DNA of 64,000 nt from assembly GCA_947259785.1 (NCBI GenBank), contig CAMYNQ010000001.1:9088-73087 (forward strand). The letters run 5' to 3'. Position numbers and translations under genes: made by a program. Positions 8,527 to 19,259 of this stretch are shown here, piece by piece (position 1 is the stretch's first letter; every line of letters begins with the position of its first letter). The notes under the pieces were generated by a model. It was not told where the DNA came from and did not search any database. It saw only the letters and a list, made by a program, of their open reading frames with translations. The DNA comes from an uncultured Chromatiaceae bacterium (GTDB lineage: Bacteria > Pseudomonadota > Gammaproteobacteria > Tenderiales > Tenderiaceae).

Positions 8527-9420
8527 CTATCTAGCCGAGGCTAGCTCCAGAGAGTCATGCCAATCAGGCAGCTGCAAACCGAACTGCCGCGCTAGCTTGT
8601 CGTTACTCAGAACAGAATATTTCGGCCGTTTGGCCGGAGTAGGATACTGCTCGGTATTGATAGCACCTAGTGTCTCAAGCTGATGCGAAGCTTTGTCCGG
8701 ATCCAATTCCAGCAGCGACTTGGCAAAACCATGCCAGCTGGTTTGCCCGACTGAGGTCAGGTGATATGTGCCCGAACAACCGGCAAACAACTCAGCCTCA
8801 GTTCCCAAACTACGGGCAACCATCAACCCTGTGGTCTCGGCAACTAAACGACTCCAGGTCGGACTACCAATTTGATCGGCAACGATATTCAGCTCTTGTC
8901 GTTCTTTGGCCAGGCGGCGGATGGTCAATAAAAAGTTCTGTCCGCGCACACCGTAGACCCAGCTGGTGCGCAGGATCAGATGCCGCTTGGCAACGGCCCT
9001 AACGGCCTCTTCCCCAGCCCACTTAGTTTCTCCATAGACATTAATCGGGCAAGCGGCATCATCCTCAACATAAGGTTCGTTCTTGCTGCCATCCCCCTTG
9101 CTACCATCAAAGACATAATCGGTCGAATAGTGAATTAGCGCCGCACCCAAGCGATTGGCCTCTTCCGCCATTACCCCAGGGGCAATGCCATTCACCGCCA
9201 TGGCCAAGGCTGGCTCCTGTTCCGCTTTGTCGACCGCAGTATAGGCGGCGGCATTGACAATCAGATCAGGTTTAACGGCCCGAATACAGGCCCGCACGCT
9301 GTCGGCACTGGCCATGTCGCACTGGTCACGGCCGGGGGCGATCACTTCACCCAGTGGCGCCAAGGTACGGCGCAGTTCATAGCCGACCTGGCCATTACGG
9401 CCCGTCACGAGTATCCGCAT
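8527..9420 (-). CDS. rfbD: dTDP-4-dehydrorhamnose reductase
   Basis: [13 protein letters not shown] Rossmann N-terminus, STDYVFDG and YGETKWAGE (YxxxK). Last gene of an rfbB-A-C-D run. Confidence 0.9.
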   Translation of the reverse strand: MRILVTGRNGQVGYELRRTLAPLGEVIAPGRDQCDMASADSVRACIRAVKPDLIVNAAAYTAVDKAEQEPALAMAVNGIAPGVMAEEANRLGAALIHYSTDYVFDGSKGDGSKNEPYVEDDAACPINVYGETKWAGEEAVRAVAKRHLILRTSWVYGVRGQNFLLTIRRLAKERQELNIVADQIGSPTWSRLVAETTGLMVARSLGTEAELFAGCSGTYHLTSVGQTSWHGFAKSLLELDPDKASHQLETLGAINTEQYPTPAKRPKYSVLSNDKLARQFGLQLPDWHDSLELASAR

Positions 9421-9971
9421 CAGGCAAACACCTCGGCTTCTGCCAAGGGCACCCCGGCCTTGTCTTTGGCCGACAACAACGGCTCACCGTCCAACGGCCA
9501 GTCAATTGCCAGTGCAGGGTCATTCCAGCTGATGGAACGTTCATGTTCTGGCGCCCAATAATCCGTGGTCTTATACAACACCTCGGCATAGTCACTGGTG
9601 ACCACAAAGCCGTGGGCAAAACCAACTGGCACCCATAACTGCCGTTTGTTCTCAGCCGACAGGGTCACCCCCTCCCACTTGCCAAAGGTGGGCGAGGAAC
9701 GACGCACATCCACCACTACATCATAGATTTCACCCTCAACCGCGCGCACCAGTTTGCCCTGTGGTTGCTGAATCTGATAATGCAGGCCACGCAACACCCG
9801 CTTCGCCGAACGGGAATGATTGTCCTGCACAAATAAATCCCTTACACCGGTCGTTTCGGCAAACGCCCGGGCGTTGAAACTTTCAAAGAAAAAACCACGC
9901 TCGTCGCCAAACACTTTGGGTTCGATAATCAACGGGCCCGGAATTTCTGTCTTAATGACATTCATCACCAA
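9420..9971 (-). CDS. rfbC: dTDP-4-dehydrorhamnose 3,5-epimerase
   Basis: [36 protein letters not shown] and [10 protein letters not shown] are classic RmlC cupin motifs. Confidence 0.93.
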   Translation of the reverse strand: MVMNVIKTEIPGPLIIEPKVFGDERGFFFESFNARAFAETTGVRDLFVQDNHSRSAKRVLRGLHYQIQQPQGKLVRAVEGEIYDVVVDVRRSSPTFGKWEGVTLSAENKRQLWVPVGFAHGFVVTSDYAEVLYKTTDYWAPEHERSISWNDPALAIDWPLDGEPLLSAKDKAGVPLAEAEVFA

Positions 9972-10858
9972 ACCTTCTCATGTAATACACGCATCAAATA
10001 CTCACCGTAACCGCTCTTTTGCAGCGGTGCTGCCAGCGCTTCCAGTTGTCGCGCATCAATAAAATTCATGCGATAGGCAATCTCTTCCGGACAAGAGATC
10101 TTCAGCCCCTGTCGTTTTTCAATAGTCTCGATAAAGGCCGAGGCCTCCAGCAGGGAGCTATGGGTGCCCGTATCCAACCATGCCAAACCACGACTAAAAC
10201 GCTCTACATGCAGGCGCTGCTGCTCAAGATAAAGTTTGTTGATATCGGTAATCTCAAGCTCACCACGGGCAGACGGCTTCAGATCAGCCGCCATTTCCAC
10301 CACGTCATTGTCATAGAAATAAAGCCCGGTGACGGCGTAGTTGGACTTGGGTAATGAGGGTTTTTCCTCCAGCGACACGGCCTTGCCCGCGTCGTTAAAA
10401 TCAACCACCCCATAACGCTCAGGATCACTAACCATGTAGGCAAACACGGTTGCACCTTCGGTTTGTGAATTAGCCTGTTGCAGCTGCATCGAAAGGTCAT
10501 GGCCATAAAAGATGTTATCGCCCAATACCAGGGCGCTGGGATCATTGCCGACAAATTCACGACCAATGATAAAGGCCTGGGCCAGCCCCTCAGGTTCAGC
10601 CTGCACCGCATACTGAATATTCAGCCCCCACTGCGAACCATCGCCCAGCAGCAGCTCAAAGCGAGGCGTATCCTGCGGCGTTGAGATGATCAAAATATCG
10701 CGAACCCCTGCCAGCATCAGCACCGACAGCGGGTAATAAATCATCGGCTTGTCATAGACCGGGATCAGCTGTTTCGATACCGCCTGAGTCACCGGGTAAA
10801 GGCGCGTGCCCGAACCACCAGCGAGGATAATGCCTTTGCGGCGTTCAGAATTGCTCAT
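9965..10858 (-). CDS. rfbA: Glucose-1-phosphate thymidylyltransferase
   Basis: [61 protein letters not shown]. Confidence 0.95.
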   Translation of the reverse strand: MSNSERRKGIILAGGSGTRLYPVTQAVSKQLIPVYDKPMIYYPLSVLMLAGVRDILIISTPQDTPRFELLLGDGSQWGLNIQYAVQAEPEGLAQAFIIGREFVGNDPSALVLGDNIFYGHDLSMQLQQANSQTEGATVFAYMVSDPERYGVVDFNDAGKAVSLEEKPSLPKSNYAVTGLYFYDNDVVEMAADLKPSARGELEITDINKLYLEQQRLHVERFSRGLAWLDTGTHSSLLEASAFIETIEKRQGLKISCPEEIAYRMNFIDARQLEALAAPLQKSGYGEYLMRVLHEKVW

Positions 10859-11925
10859 GCCTTTTTCTCCAGCCCCAACCGTTCACCCTGATAATCAGCC
10901 GCCGTCACCTCACGCCACCAGTCGGCCTTTTCCATATACCACTCAACTGTCTTGCGCAGACCGGTTTCAAAACTTTCCTGTGGCTTCCAGCCCAGCTCAC
11001 GCTCGATCTTGGCAGCATCAATGGCATAGCGTTGGTCATGACCAGGACGATCCGTGACATAGGTGATCAGCTCGGCATAGGGCTGGGCCGCCGGGCGCAG
11101 CTCATCCAGCAGGGTGCAAATGGTCTGCACCACCTCCAGATTGGTCTTCTCGTTGTGGCCGCCAATGTTATAGGTCTCGCCTACCACACCGGTTTCCAGC
11201 ACCAAGCGCAGAGCGCGGGCGTGATCCTCAACAAACAACCAGTCACGGATGTTGTCCCCCTTGCCATAGATCGGCAGCGGCTTGCCATCCAGCGCATTGA
11301 GAATAATCAGCGGGATCAGCTTCTCTGGAAACTGGTAAGGGCCATAGTTGTTGGAGCAGTTGGTCATCAACGTCGGCAGGCCATAGGTGTGATGCCAGGC
11401 CCGCACCAGATGGTCGGACGAAGCCTTGCTGGCCGAATAGGGTGAATTGGGCTGGTAGGTTGAATCCTCGCGGAAAAAGCCCTCCGCCCCCAGCGAACCA
11501 AACACCTCATCAGTCGAAATGTGGTGAAACCGGAAGTTATCGCGTTTGGCCCCACTCAAGCCATTCCAATAGGCCCGCGCTGCCTCCAGCAGGGTATAGG
11601 TACCAACAATATTGGACTGGATAAAGTCCGCCGGGCCGTCGATAGAACGGTCCACATGGGACTCGGCTGCCAAGTGCATGATGGCATTGGGCTGGTATTT
11701 GTCGAACAGAGCAGCAATCGCCGTCGCATCGCAGATATCCACCTGCTCAAAACAGTGGCGTGGGTCATCCAGGGCATCGCCGAGAGTTGCCAGATTACCC
11801 GCATAGGTCAGCTTATCGATATTCACCACCCGCACATCGGTCTCGGTGATAAACTGCCGCACCACCGCCGAACCGATGAAGCCGGCGCCGCCGGTGATGA
11901 AAATAGTTTTATTGTTTGCCATCAT
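10855..11925 (-). CDS. rfbB: dTDP-glucose 4,6-dehydratase
   Basis: [31 protein letters not shown] and [12 protein letters not shown] (YxxxK). Confidence 0.95.
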   Translation of the reverse strand: MMANNKTIFITGGAGFIGSAVVRQFITETDVRVVNIDKLTYAGNLATLGDALDDPRHCFEQVDICDATAIAALFDKYQPNAIMHLAAESHVDRSIDGPADFIQSNIVGTYTLLEAARAYWNGLSGAKRDNFRFHHISTDEVFGSLGAEGFFREDSTYQPNSPYSASKASSDHLVRAWHHTYGLPTLMTNCSNNYGPYQFPEKLIPLIILNALDGKPLPIYGKGDNIRDWLFVEDHARALRLVLETGVVGETYNIGGHNEKTNLEVVQTICTLLDELRPAAQPYAELITYVTDRPGHDQRYAIDAAKIERELGWKPQESFETGLRKTVEWYMEKADWWREVTAADYQGERLGLEKKA

Positions 11926-11985
11926 TTAAACCTGCTATATTTTGGTACAGCCAAAACCCGTTTCAGTAAATTACTCCAACCCCAC

Positions 11986-13101
11986 CTAACCTGAATAGCA
12001 ATCGGCATAGAGCTTCTCATAGGCCTGCACCATGCCCTCCAAGGTAAATTCCCGTTCGAACTTTTGCCGCCCGGCCTTGCCCATGACGCTCAATCTTTCT
12101 TTGTCTTGCAGGAGTGCTAGGATGGCAGTGGCCAACGCTTCAGGATCATCCGCCGGTACCAGCAAACCGTTCACCTTATTTTCGACCACCTCTGAATTGC
12201 CCCCCACATCGGTGGCAACTATGGGCCTGGCCGCAGCGCTCGCCTCGATCAACGTAAGCGACAAACCTTCACTATGAGAACAAAGCACAAACAGGTCCAG
12301 AAGGTTCATCAGCTCCGGCACATCCGACCTGGCGCCCAGAAAACGGACACGGGCCTCAAGCCCCAGCGCCGTGGAAAGACTCTCCAGTTCACGACGTAGC
12401 GGCCCATCTCCAACCACCAGCAGCACCGCCTCGGGCAATCTGTCCGCCACCTTTTTCATCGCCTTGATTAGAGCTTTGTGGTTTTTGATGGGATCAAGGC
12501 GGGCAACAATACCGATCACCAACTGCCTTTTTTCCAGTCCTAGTTCAGAGCGCAGCGCATTAGCGTCATACTCTGCTCCAAAGCGCTCGGCATCAATGCC
12601 ATTGTGGATCGTGATGGTCTTTTGTTCCGCAATCCCCTCGTCGGCCACCAGATAGCGTCTACCAAACTCAGCCACTGCCACCACCTTATTCACCAGCCGT
12701 GACAAGATGCCATTGGTAAATTTCACCTTCCAACTGGATGAAAAGTCCCGGCCATGTTCTGTATAGACAATACAGGGCACGCGGGCCAACTTGCCGGCCA
12801 GGGTACCGTAGAAAAATGCCGTGGGGTTATGCAAATGGAGGATCTGCGTCTCCATCTGGCGCAGAAAACTGGCGAGTTTGAATATGTAGCGGATATCCAC
12901 GCCGGGCCTGCGCTTGAGCAAATGGACATCGATGCCCTGCTCTGGCAGCGGCTCGGCCAAGTCTCCAAGGCTATCAAAGCAGCAGATGGCAGGCTGGTAG
13001 CGACCCTGCCCCAATCGTTCGAGGAGATTAACCACCATTATCTCCAGGCCACCGATCTCTAGCCCCTGGATCAGATGCACAACACGGATAGCCTTCTTCA
13101 A
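11986..13101 (-). CDS. GT4-family (GT-B fold) glycosyltransferase
   Basis: N-terminus VVHLIQGLEIGGLE and C-terminal E-x7-E region LCSHSEGLSLTLIEASAAARPIVATDVGGNSEVV. TTG start overlaps the upstream stop (TTGA). It resembles the PEP-CTERM/EpsH1-associated sugar transferase class as I recall it. Confidence 0.8.
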   Translation of the reverse strand: MKKAIRVVHLIQGLEIGGLEIMVVNLLERLGQGRYQPAICCFDSLGDLAEPLPEQGIDVHLLKRRPGVDIRYIFKLASFLRQMETQILHLHNPTAFFYGTLAGKLARVPCIVYTEHGRDFSSSWKVKFTNGILSRLVNKVVAVAEFGRRYLVADEGIAEQKTITIHNGIDAERFGAEYDANALRSELGLEKRQLVIGIVARLDPIKNHKALIKAMKKVADRLPEAVLLVVGDGPLRRELESLSTALGLEARVRFLGARSDVPELMNLLDLFVLCSHSEGLSLTLIEASAAARPIVATDVGGNSEVVENKVNGLLVPADDPEALATAILALLQDKERLSVMGKAGRQKFEREFTLEGMVQAYEKLYADCYSG

Positions 13102-13991
13102 ATCTCGTAACCCAACTTTTCCATAGTAGGGGCAACAATCTCCATGGCCCTGGCAATCTCCTCCTCCGGCCAGGATTTATAGGTACCCGTATTCGGAACA
13201 AAACCCTTGGACTCTCTCACCTTGTAATCCTGCAACCCAGAATCATGCTGTTGTTTATAAAACTTGAGCACCTGGCCATCCCACTCTTCACCAATGAACT
13301 CGAATAGCGGGGGCAAATATATCTCTGGCTGCGAAGAATACTGCTCATAGAGGACACGAAAACACTGCTGCGGATGGGTGGCCTCAAAGGCCAGCATCTT
13401 TTCGCAGTGTTCAGCCCAATAACGGGCATTGCTTAGTCGAGCTGAATCAGGGTACAGCTCTGCGAACTTACGCCCTGGCCCCCTGTTAACATCCATACCA
13501 TGCATGTTAGCCATGGAATTGGCCACATCCAGACCGTGCCGATAAAGCATGATATAACGACACTGCTCACCAAAAACCGCATCGAGAAATTCCAAGATAT
13601 CTATATACGACGGGGTCTTGTCAAACCAGCGTTGCTTCCCCTTGGCCACCGCGTAATCATCAAAAAGATCGCCGGCAAAGGCGCGTAACTGCCGCCTCAA
13701 ACCCTCTTCATCGACCCCCATCCCCTGCAAGCCCTTCTGATACCATTCGTTGCCCCACAGCCCGGCCGCACCATTGAGAAAATTTGTCTCCGGTGGCACG
13801 GCGATGTTTTTATGGCTATCAAGGACATAACGCAGCAATGTAGTGCCCGAGCGATAAACACCAATAATAAAACCCGGCGGCAATGGCTCTCGGCCAGCTC
13901 TTTCAACAGTCTTGACCACAACTCTCTCAGGCTGTTGAGTGCCTGTTGCTGTGCAACTTATTTTGTTAAAAATGCGACTCAATAAACTCAT
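13098..13991 (-). CDS. Sulfotransferase (1 of 7)
   Basis: PAPS 5'-PSB loop IIGVYRSGTTLLRY and a 3'-PB-like motif IMLYRHGLDVANS. Confidence 0.75.
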   Translation of the reverse strand: MSLLSRIFNKISCTATGTQQPERVVVKTVERAGREPLPPGFIIGVYRSGTTLLRYVLDSHKNIAVPPETNFLNGAAGLWGNEWYQKGLQGMGVDEEGLRRQLRAFAGDLFDDYAVAKGKQRWFDKTPSYIDILEFLDAVFGEQCRYIMLYRHGLDVANSMANMHGMDVNRGPGRKFAELYPDSARLSNARYWAEHCEKMLAFEATHPQQCFRVLYEQYSSQPEIYLPPLFEFIGEEWDGQVLKFYKQQHDSGLQDYKVRESKGFVPNTGTYKSWPEEEIARAMEIVAPTMEKLGYEI

Positions 13992-14217
13992 CGTTTTCGA
14001 TCAAACACCCTTAATCCAAATTCAGCCAGGCAAAGCCTCATGCCAACGAAATGATAACAAATCCCGCCAACCACCGCGCCGCATCAAGCACGTCTTTTTT
14101 GCATTCAGATAATGGCTGCAGACAGGCTAAACCAGCTTCATGACATTCCGACACATCGCCCCCGGAACCATGTTATATTTTCCCGCATACCCACCGATCA
14201 CAAACGGTTAACTATAC

Positions 14218-15453
14218 ATGTTTTTTGCGGCCGAAATCTTGTCCTGGTTACTGATTATCATCAGCGCCTGGATTGGGCTGTGGTTGCTTCTTGCAGCCTA
14301 TTTTGCCCCTACTCTGCGAGCACTGTGGCATGAGCCGGTATTGCGTCACCCGATACTCATAGTGGAAAGTGACGACTGGGGGGCTGGCCCGTCAAAGCAG
14401 GCCCAGGCACTGCAAAAACTGATAGAACTGCTTTCCCGCTTTCATGACCACACCGGACACCCCCCCGTCATGACCCTGGCCATGATCCTGGCGGTCGCAG
14501 ATGGTGTAGCGATACGCGCCAACGGCACATACCAGCGCCGCACCCTGGAAGAGCCGTTATACGCCCCCATACGGAAAACCATTACAGAAGGGATAGAAAA
14601 GAGGGTATTTGCCATCCAACTACACGGCCTGGAACATTATTGGCCTGAAACGCTGATCAGCAGTCAGGACAAGACAGTGCAACGATGGCTGATGGAAGAA
14701 ACGCCTCAAGCCACCGAACCCCTGCCCTCCCATCTCCAGAGCCGCTGGATAGATGCCTCTACACTCCCATCCCGACCACTGCCAGACACTGCCATCCAAC
14801 CTGCCGTTCGGGAAGAGGTTGCCTTATATCGCAAAATATTTAGCCAGTTACCTAGAACAGTAGTCCCCCCCACCTTTGTCTGGACCGATGCCGTAGAGTC
14901 GGTGTGGGCAAGGCAAGGGATCGAATACGTAGTCACTCCTGGCCGGCAAAATACTTCGCGTGATGCACATGGAAAACCCGCCGCTACAGCAAACAGAATC
15001 CGCAATGGCGAAAGAAACAACAACGTTACTTATATCGTGCGCGACGACTATTTCGAACCCATGCTCGGTCATACGGCGGAAAAGGCGCTGGCGGCACTCA
15101 CTCACAAGACCCGGCTAGGCCGCCCCTGTCTGCTCGAGACCCACCGATTCAACTTCGTCGGTGAGGATGAACAAGTACAACGCTCCATGGCAGAATTGTC
15201 ACGCCTGCTGCAGAAAGCCTTGCAGACTACACCAGAATTACGTTTCATCAGCACAGAAGCGCTGGGGCTTGCCATGCAGACAAAAGATCCGGAATGGGTG
15301 GAACACCATTTAGGGCGCCGCCTGACAGTGATGGCCAAGCGTATCGCTGAAGTGCCTCGCCTGGGCAAACTCTCACGTCTCACTGGCCTGCTCACGCTGA
15401 CAAGGCTGGCTGCTGCCATGCTTGGTTACAAATCAGCAGCCCCGGCAACATGA
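14218..15453 (+). CDS. Hypothetical membrane-anchored protein (possible deacetylase/hydrolase-like barrel)
   Basis: N-terminal TM helix. Motifs ILIVESDDWG and IQLHGLEHYWPE are reminiscent of the Asp-Asp and His motifs of NodB/DUF2334-type enzymes. The family assignment is a guess. Confidence 0.45.
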   Translation: MFFAAEILSWLLIIISAWIGLWLLLAAYFAPTLRALWHEPVLRHPILIVESDDWGAGPSKQAQALQKLIELLSRFHDHTGHPPVMTLAMILAVADGVAIRANGTYQRRTLEEPLYAPIRKTITEGIEKRVFAIQLHGLEHYWPETLISSQDKTVQRWLMEETPQATEPLPSHLQSRWIDASTLPSRPLPDTAIQPAVREEVALYRKIFSQLPRTVVPPTFVWTDAVESVWARQGIEYVVTPGRQNTSRDAHGKPAATANRIRNGERNNNVTYIVRDDYFEPMLGHTAEKALAALTHKTRLGRPCLLETHRFNFVGEDEQVQRSMAELSRLLQKALQTTPELRFISTEALGLAMQTKDPEWVEHHLGRRLTVMAKRIAEVPRLGKLSRLTGLLTLTRLAAAMLGYKSAAPAT

Positions 15454-15492
15454 CAACTATTGCAACAGCCATCTCAAATTGGTCGAATTAGA

Positions 15493-16656
15493 ATGAACAA
15501 AAAACCTTTATCCTGCCTGATGCTCACCGAGATCTTCCTCCCCACCAAGGGTGGAACTGCCGTCTCCTTCGATGATGACTTCCGCCGCCTGGGGGGGAAA
15601 GAGGTACACATCATCACCGCCGATGTCCCCGGGGCAAAAGAATTTGACCGACTACACCCTAACACAGTGCACCGTTTGGGACTCAAAAGGGTCCCCTGGC
15701 TCAAGCCCGAATCCGCCCTCATGTATGCCAAATTTTTCGGCCGCGCCCTGAGCCTTGCCATGACACGGCACATCGATGCGGTCTTTTCTGGCCGCGCCCT
15801 GCCGGAGGGACTCTGCGCCTGGGCCGTTGCCAGACTCCGTCGCAAACCGGTGCTGATCTATGCCCACGGCGAGGAACTCACAGGCTGGGGACGGGGGGGA
15901 AAATTCAAGGCCATGTGCTTTGCCCTGCGCCATGCCGACTGGGTGCTCTCCAACAGCGATTTCACCCGCGACACCCTGGTCGATCTGATCGGAGTGGATC
16001 CGAAACATATCGCCATCGTCTACCCAACTGTGGATGAGCAAAGGTTTCGCCCAGGCCTGCCCGCGGATGACCTGCGCACCAGCATTGGGCTGTCAGGCGA
16101 GCAAAAATTGATCCTCTCCGTCGGCCGTCTACAAAGGCGCAAGGGTTTTGACAACGTGATTCGGTCGTTACCGGCGCTGATCGAACAGGGACTGGATGTC
16201 CACTATGCGCTGATCGGTATCGGCGAAGATCACGACTACCTGACTAGCCTGGCCCAGGAACTCGGGGTAGCACAGCGCATACACTTCCTTGGCCATGTCA
16301 GCTACGACGACCTACCCCGCTGGTACAACGCCTGCGACCTGTTCGCCATGCCCAACCGCGACATCGACGGCGACACCGAAGGCTTCGGACTGGTCTACCT
16401 GGAAGCCGCTGCCAGTGGTAAACCGAGCGTGGCGGGGAACACCGGGGGGACAGGCTCCGCCGTTGCGGATGGTGAAACGGGCTTGCGGGTGAATGGCGAA
16501 GAGGTGAAAGAGATTATCACTTCCTTGGCGCGGCTTTTATCTGATCCTGTTCAAGCTGAAATGATGGGCCGCCAGGGGCGAGAACGGGTGCTGGCAAACT
16601 TCACGCACGAGCGGCGGGTGGAAGAGTTGCGTCAGCTAACTCTGGTGAAGCGCTGA
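15493..16656 (+). CDS. GT4-family glycosyltransferase
   Basis: LTEIFLPTKGGTA at the N-terminus and C-terminal FAMPNRDIDGDTEGFGLVYLEAAASGKPSVAGNTGGTGSAV (E-x7-E). ATG 15493 is preferred over the TTG at 15460. Confidence 0.8.
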   Translation: MNKKPLSCLMLTEIFLPTKGGTAVSFDDDFRRLGGKEVHIITADVPGAKEFDRLHPNTVHRLGLKRVPWLKPESALMYAKFFGRALSLAMTRHIDAVFSGRALPEGLCAWAVARLRRKPVLIYAHGEELTGWGRGGKFKAMCFALRHADWVLSNSDFTRDTLVDLIGVDPKHIAIVYPTVDEQRFRPGLPADDLRTSIGLSGEQKLILSVGRLQRRKGFDNVIRSLPALIEQGLDVHYALIGIGEDHDYLTSLAQELGVAQRIHFLGHVSYDDLPRWYNACDLFAMPNRDIDGDTEGFGLVYLEAAASGKPSVAGNTGGTGSAVADGETGLRVNGEEVKEIITSLARLLSDPVQAEMMGRQGRERVLANFTHERRVEELRQLTLVKR

Positions 16657-16710
16657 AATTAACCTGCCAGCCCCCTACTATGAGCGTCGAACAATGGTGA
16701 AAAATAAGAA

Positions 16711-17478
16711 TTAGGAACTTGACTCCTCCAGAAACCACTCGTACTGGCTGCCCATGAGAGCAGCTCGTACTTCGTCATAGTTCTCAATCAGCATGTCTAA
16801 TTTTTCGGGATTCTGCTTTGCCGTCCTCGGCGCTACAATCGCGGCCTCGTCCTCACCGACCCCAAGGAACTCAAAAATGTTTCTCATAATGCCATCACGA
16901 TTGGATACAAGCTGCTCATAATCAACCATGATATTTTGAAATTCGTTAGCCAAGGCATCACTACCTCTATTTTTTGCCTCCATGCGAGAAAAGGCGCGAT
17001 GTAGATCATCTATGTCTACCATAACAGTGACCCGCTCCCCTCTGTGCTCGCTCGCGCTCCAACGGTTTTCCTTATTCGCGATCATTGACGAGACATACCT
17101 CCTAAGCAGATTACGCCTAATCAGCCTGACAATTTTAAATTCATGTGTCTGCCAGTAGTGCCGAAAACTGGGGCATCTATTGAACTGGCCTGGATACAAA
17201 ACCTTGAAGCCAACAGCCCGTATATCCCCCCGAGACTCAACCGTACAAAGGGAATCAAGATACGCCCCCATGCAATAATCTCTCAAATATTTGTCAGACA
17301 TACGCCTTAGAAAAGACTTACATACCCAGTTCGCATACCCCTTGCCATAGCTAGGATTAAACGCTTCTCCGAAGCACGTAACTTGTGGATGTTCATCCAG
17401 CATTGACTGCAGCATGTTGCTGCCACTACGGGCATTACTCAACACAACGAATCTTTGAAGACCTTTCCCTTGCGACAT
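16711..17478 (-). CDS. Sulfotransferase (2 of 7; Stf0/Sulfotransfer_3-like)
   Basis: FVVLSNARSGSNMLQSML (5'-PSB loop) and KIVRLIRRNLLRRYVSS (3'-PB-like). Start at MSQGKG (ATG 17478) follows AGGAGA. Confidence 0.7.
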   Translation of the reverse strand: MSQGKGLQRFVVLSNARSGSNMLQSMLDEHPQVTCFGEAFNPSYGKGYANWVCKSFLRRMSDKYLRDYCMGAYLDSLCTVESRGDIRAVGFKVLYPGQFNRCPSFRHYWQTHEFKIVRLIRRNLLRRYVSSMIANKENRWSASEHRGERVTVMVDIDDLHRAFSRMEAKNRGSDALANEFQNIMVDYEQLVSNRDGIMRNIFEFLGVGEDEAAIVAPRTAKQNPEKLDMLIENYDEVRAALMGSQYEWFLEESSS

Positions 17479-17618
17479 TATCAGTAGCTCTCCTATTATA
17501 CGACTGGGGCCGAACCCCATCCCACTCGCTTATCATTGCTTACTGCGCCAATGAAGCCATTGGGCATCACCACCCAACCCTACCATCGCCGATGGTAGGC
17601 CAATTTAGTAGAGCCGGC

Positions 17619-19172
17619 TCAGTGCTCAACGCTCCGAGCAGCTGTATCCGCCAAAACTGAATTCTTATCCTTTGACAAGACCACCACGCCTATACCATCC
17701 ACTATGCCGACACTGGCAGGGTGCGGCCAAGGCACATGCTTAGCCGCGTATTGAATAACTTTCGGCATAGTGTTATCCGCAGCCACGAAATTCACATCCT
17801 CTCTCATCAGGCGAGCAAGATGCTGCATGTGCGGTGGGTCTATGAACTCGGTTGCTACCCCGGTAGCACTCTTGTAAGGGTAAACGGAACTCATATCGTA
17901 ACTGCCAACAACAACAATACTCTTGCCATCCCATTGTTCATCAGGAAGAGATCTTATACGCGCCAATATCTGCGTCATCGTCGTATAGTGCGCCAGCATA
18001 TTCAGGTGATTGACGGTCGAAATCCAGTTGCACTGGAGGATGTAGCCTGCGACAAGAACGATTGCCAACAGGGACGAAAGATTTCGCACCAGGATAGGAC
18101 CCGCCCTATTGATAATCATGATAAAACCGGCGATAACTACGGCATATCCTGTAAGTGTAAGATTATGATAATCGCCGTCAGGATGAAGAAGCTGCAAGAC
18201 CCTCGGCATGAAGAGCGTTAGCACCAATACAAATACTGCGCTGACCTTTGCTGCATAGCCTTTCGGCAGCCAAAGGCAAAATACCGTTGCAACCACCAGC
18301 AAGACCAGCTGCAGTTTTTTCAAGTATTCCGGAAAATAGTTTTGCGGCCAGAAAAAGAAGCTTCGTGTTCCATGCACAATTTCGGATACTGCATATGAAA
18401 GATTCATGCCGCCTTCGAGATTGAACGCTTGACCCGCCGACTGGTAGGAGTCAAATTTTAAACCCATAGACGAGACTATAGCCAAGTATATCAGGCCTCC
18501 GACGCCAACGGAGATTAGCACAGCAATTACAGACTTCACCATTTTTTTGGAAAAGAACGATTCGATATCTCTCTCAAACAGAATCTTGCTCAGAAACCAA
18601 ACACAAAAAATTGTCGCTGCGTTTGCAACCACGCTTTGATAAATTGAAAATGCACCCACATAAAGCATGGATGCCATTACCACATGAAGAAAGGTCGCTC
18701 TAGTGGACAAGATAACCGCAGCTGCAGCCAAGAAGTGGGCCATGGAAAAGGCGGCTACAGAGGTATTGTATTGATAGAGCTGGGCCATGTATGGGAATAC
18801 ACACAGAACGGAGGATATTAAAACTATATCCAACACCTTGCGAGCACCCCAGAATTTGGATATGAGCATCCCGTAAGCAGTCATCAACATAATCGCTTCG
18901 ACCATCTGCAAGAACGGCATAATGTAGGCGTTCTGGCCATAATAGTGTAGCCAACCGAAGCCGAAACGGCCTAGGTAATGACCAAGGATGGTGCTTTGAA
19001 TAAAGATGTGACTTACATCGTCATGATGCAGCGTTAGGTTGGTCATCTCAAAACCGAAGGCCAACAGATTAATACCCACGACGAGAAAAAAAGCCGTTTT
19101 GTACGAAGGATCGACTCTACGCCAAGCCTCGGACAATACTTGATCTAATGGTTTGCTGAATAAAAGCTTCAA
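17619..19172 (-). CDS. Large polytopic membrane protein, GtrII/GT-C-like putative periplasmic glycosyltransferase
   Basis: About 11-12 TM helices, an acidic first-loop motif LTLHHDDVSH and a ~110-aa soluble C-terminal domain. It occupies the 'serotype-specific Gtr' position downstream of the gtrB/gtrA-like genes. Confidence 0.5.
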   Translation of the reverse strand: MKLLFSKPLDQVLSEAWRRVDPSYKTAFFLVVGINLLAFGFEMTNLTLHHDDVSHIFIQSTILGHYLGRFGFGWLHYYGQNAYIMPFLQMVEAIMLMTAYGMLISKFWGARKVLDIVLISSVLCVFPYMAQLYQYNTSVAAFSMAHFLAAAAVILSTRATFLHVVMASMLYVGAFSIYQSVVANAATIFCVWFLSKILFERDIESFFSKKMVKSVIAVLISVGVGGLIYLAIVSSMGLKFDSYQSAGQAFNLEGGMNLSYAVSEIVHGTRSFFFWPQNYFPEYLKKLQLVLLVVATVFCLWLPKGYAAKVSAVFVLVLTLFMPRVLQLLHPDGDYHNLTLTGYAVVIAGFIMIINRAGPILVRNLSSLLAIVLVAGYILQCNWISTVNHLNMLAHYTTMTQILARIRSLPDEQWDGKSIVVVGSYDMSSVYPYKSATGVATEFIDPPHMQHLARLMREDVNFVAADNTMPKVIQYAAKHVPWPHPASVGIVDGIGVVVLSKDKNSVLADTAARSVEH

Positions 19173-19259
19173 GAGGCAACCTCAAATGGTGGTTTATTGG
19201 TTTTGAATTATGTTCAATGAGAGCCCATGTGATTAGAGCTTATGAGATATATTTTTCGC

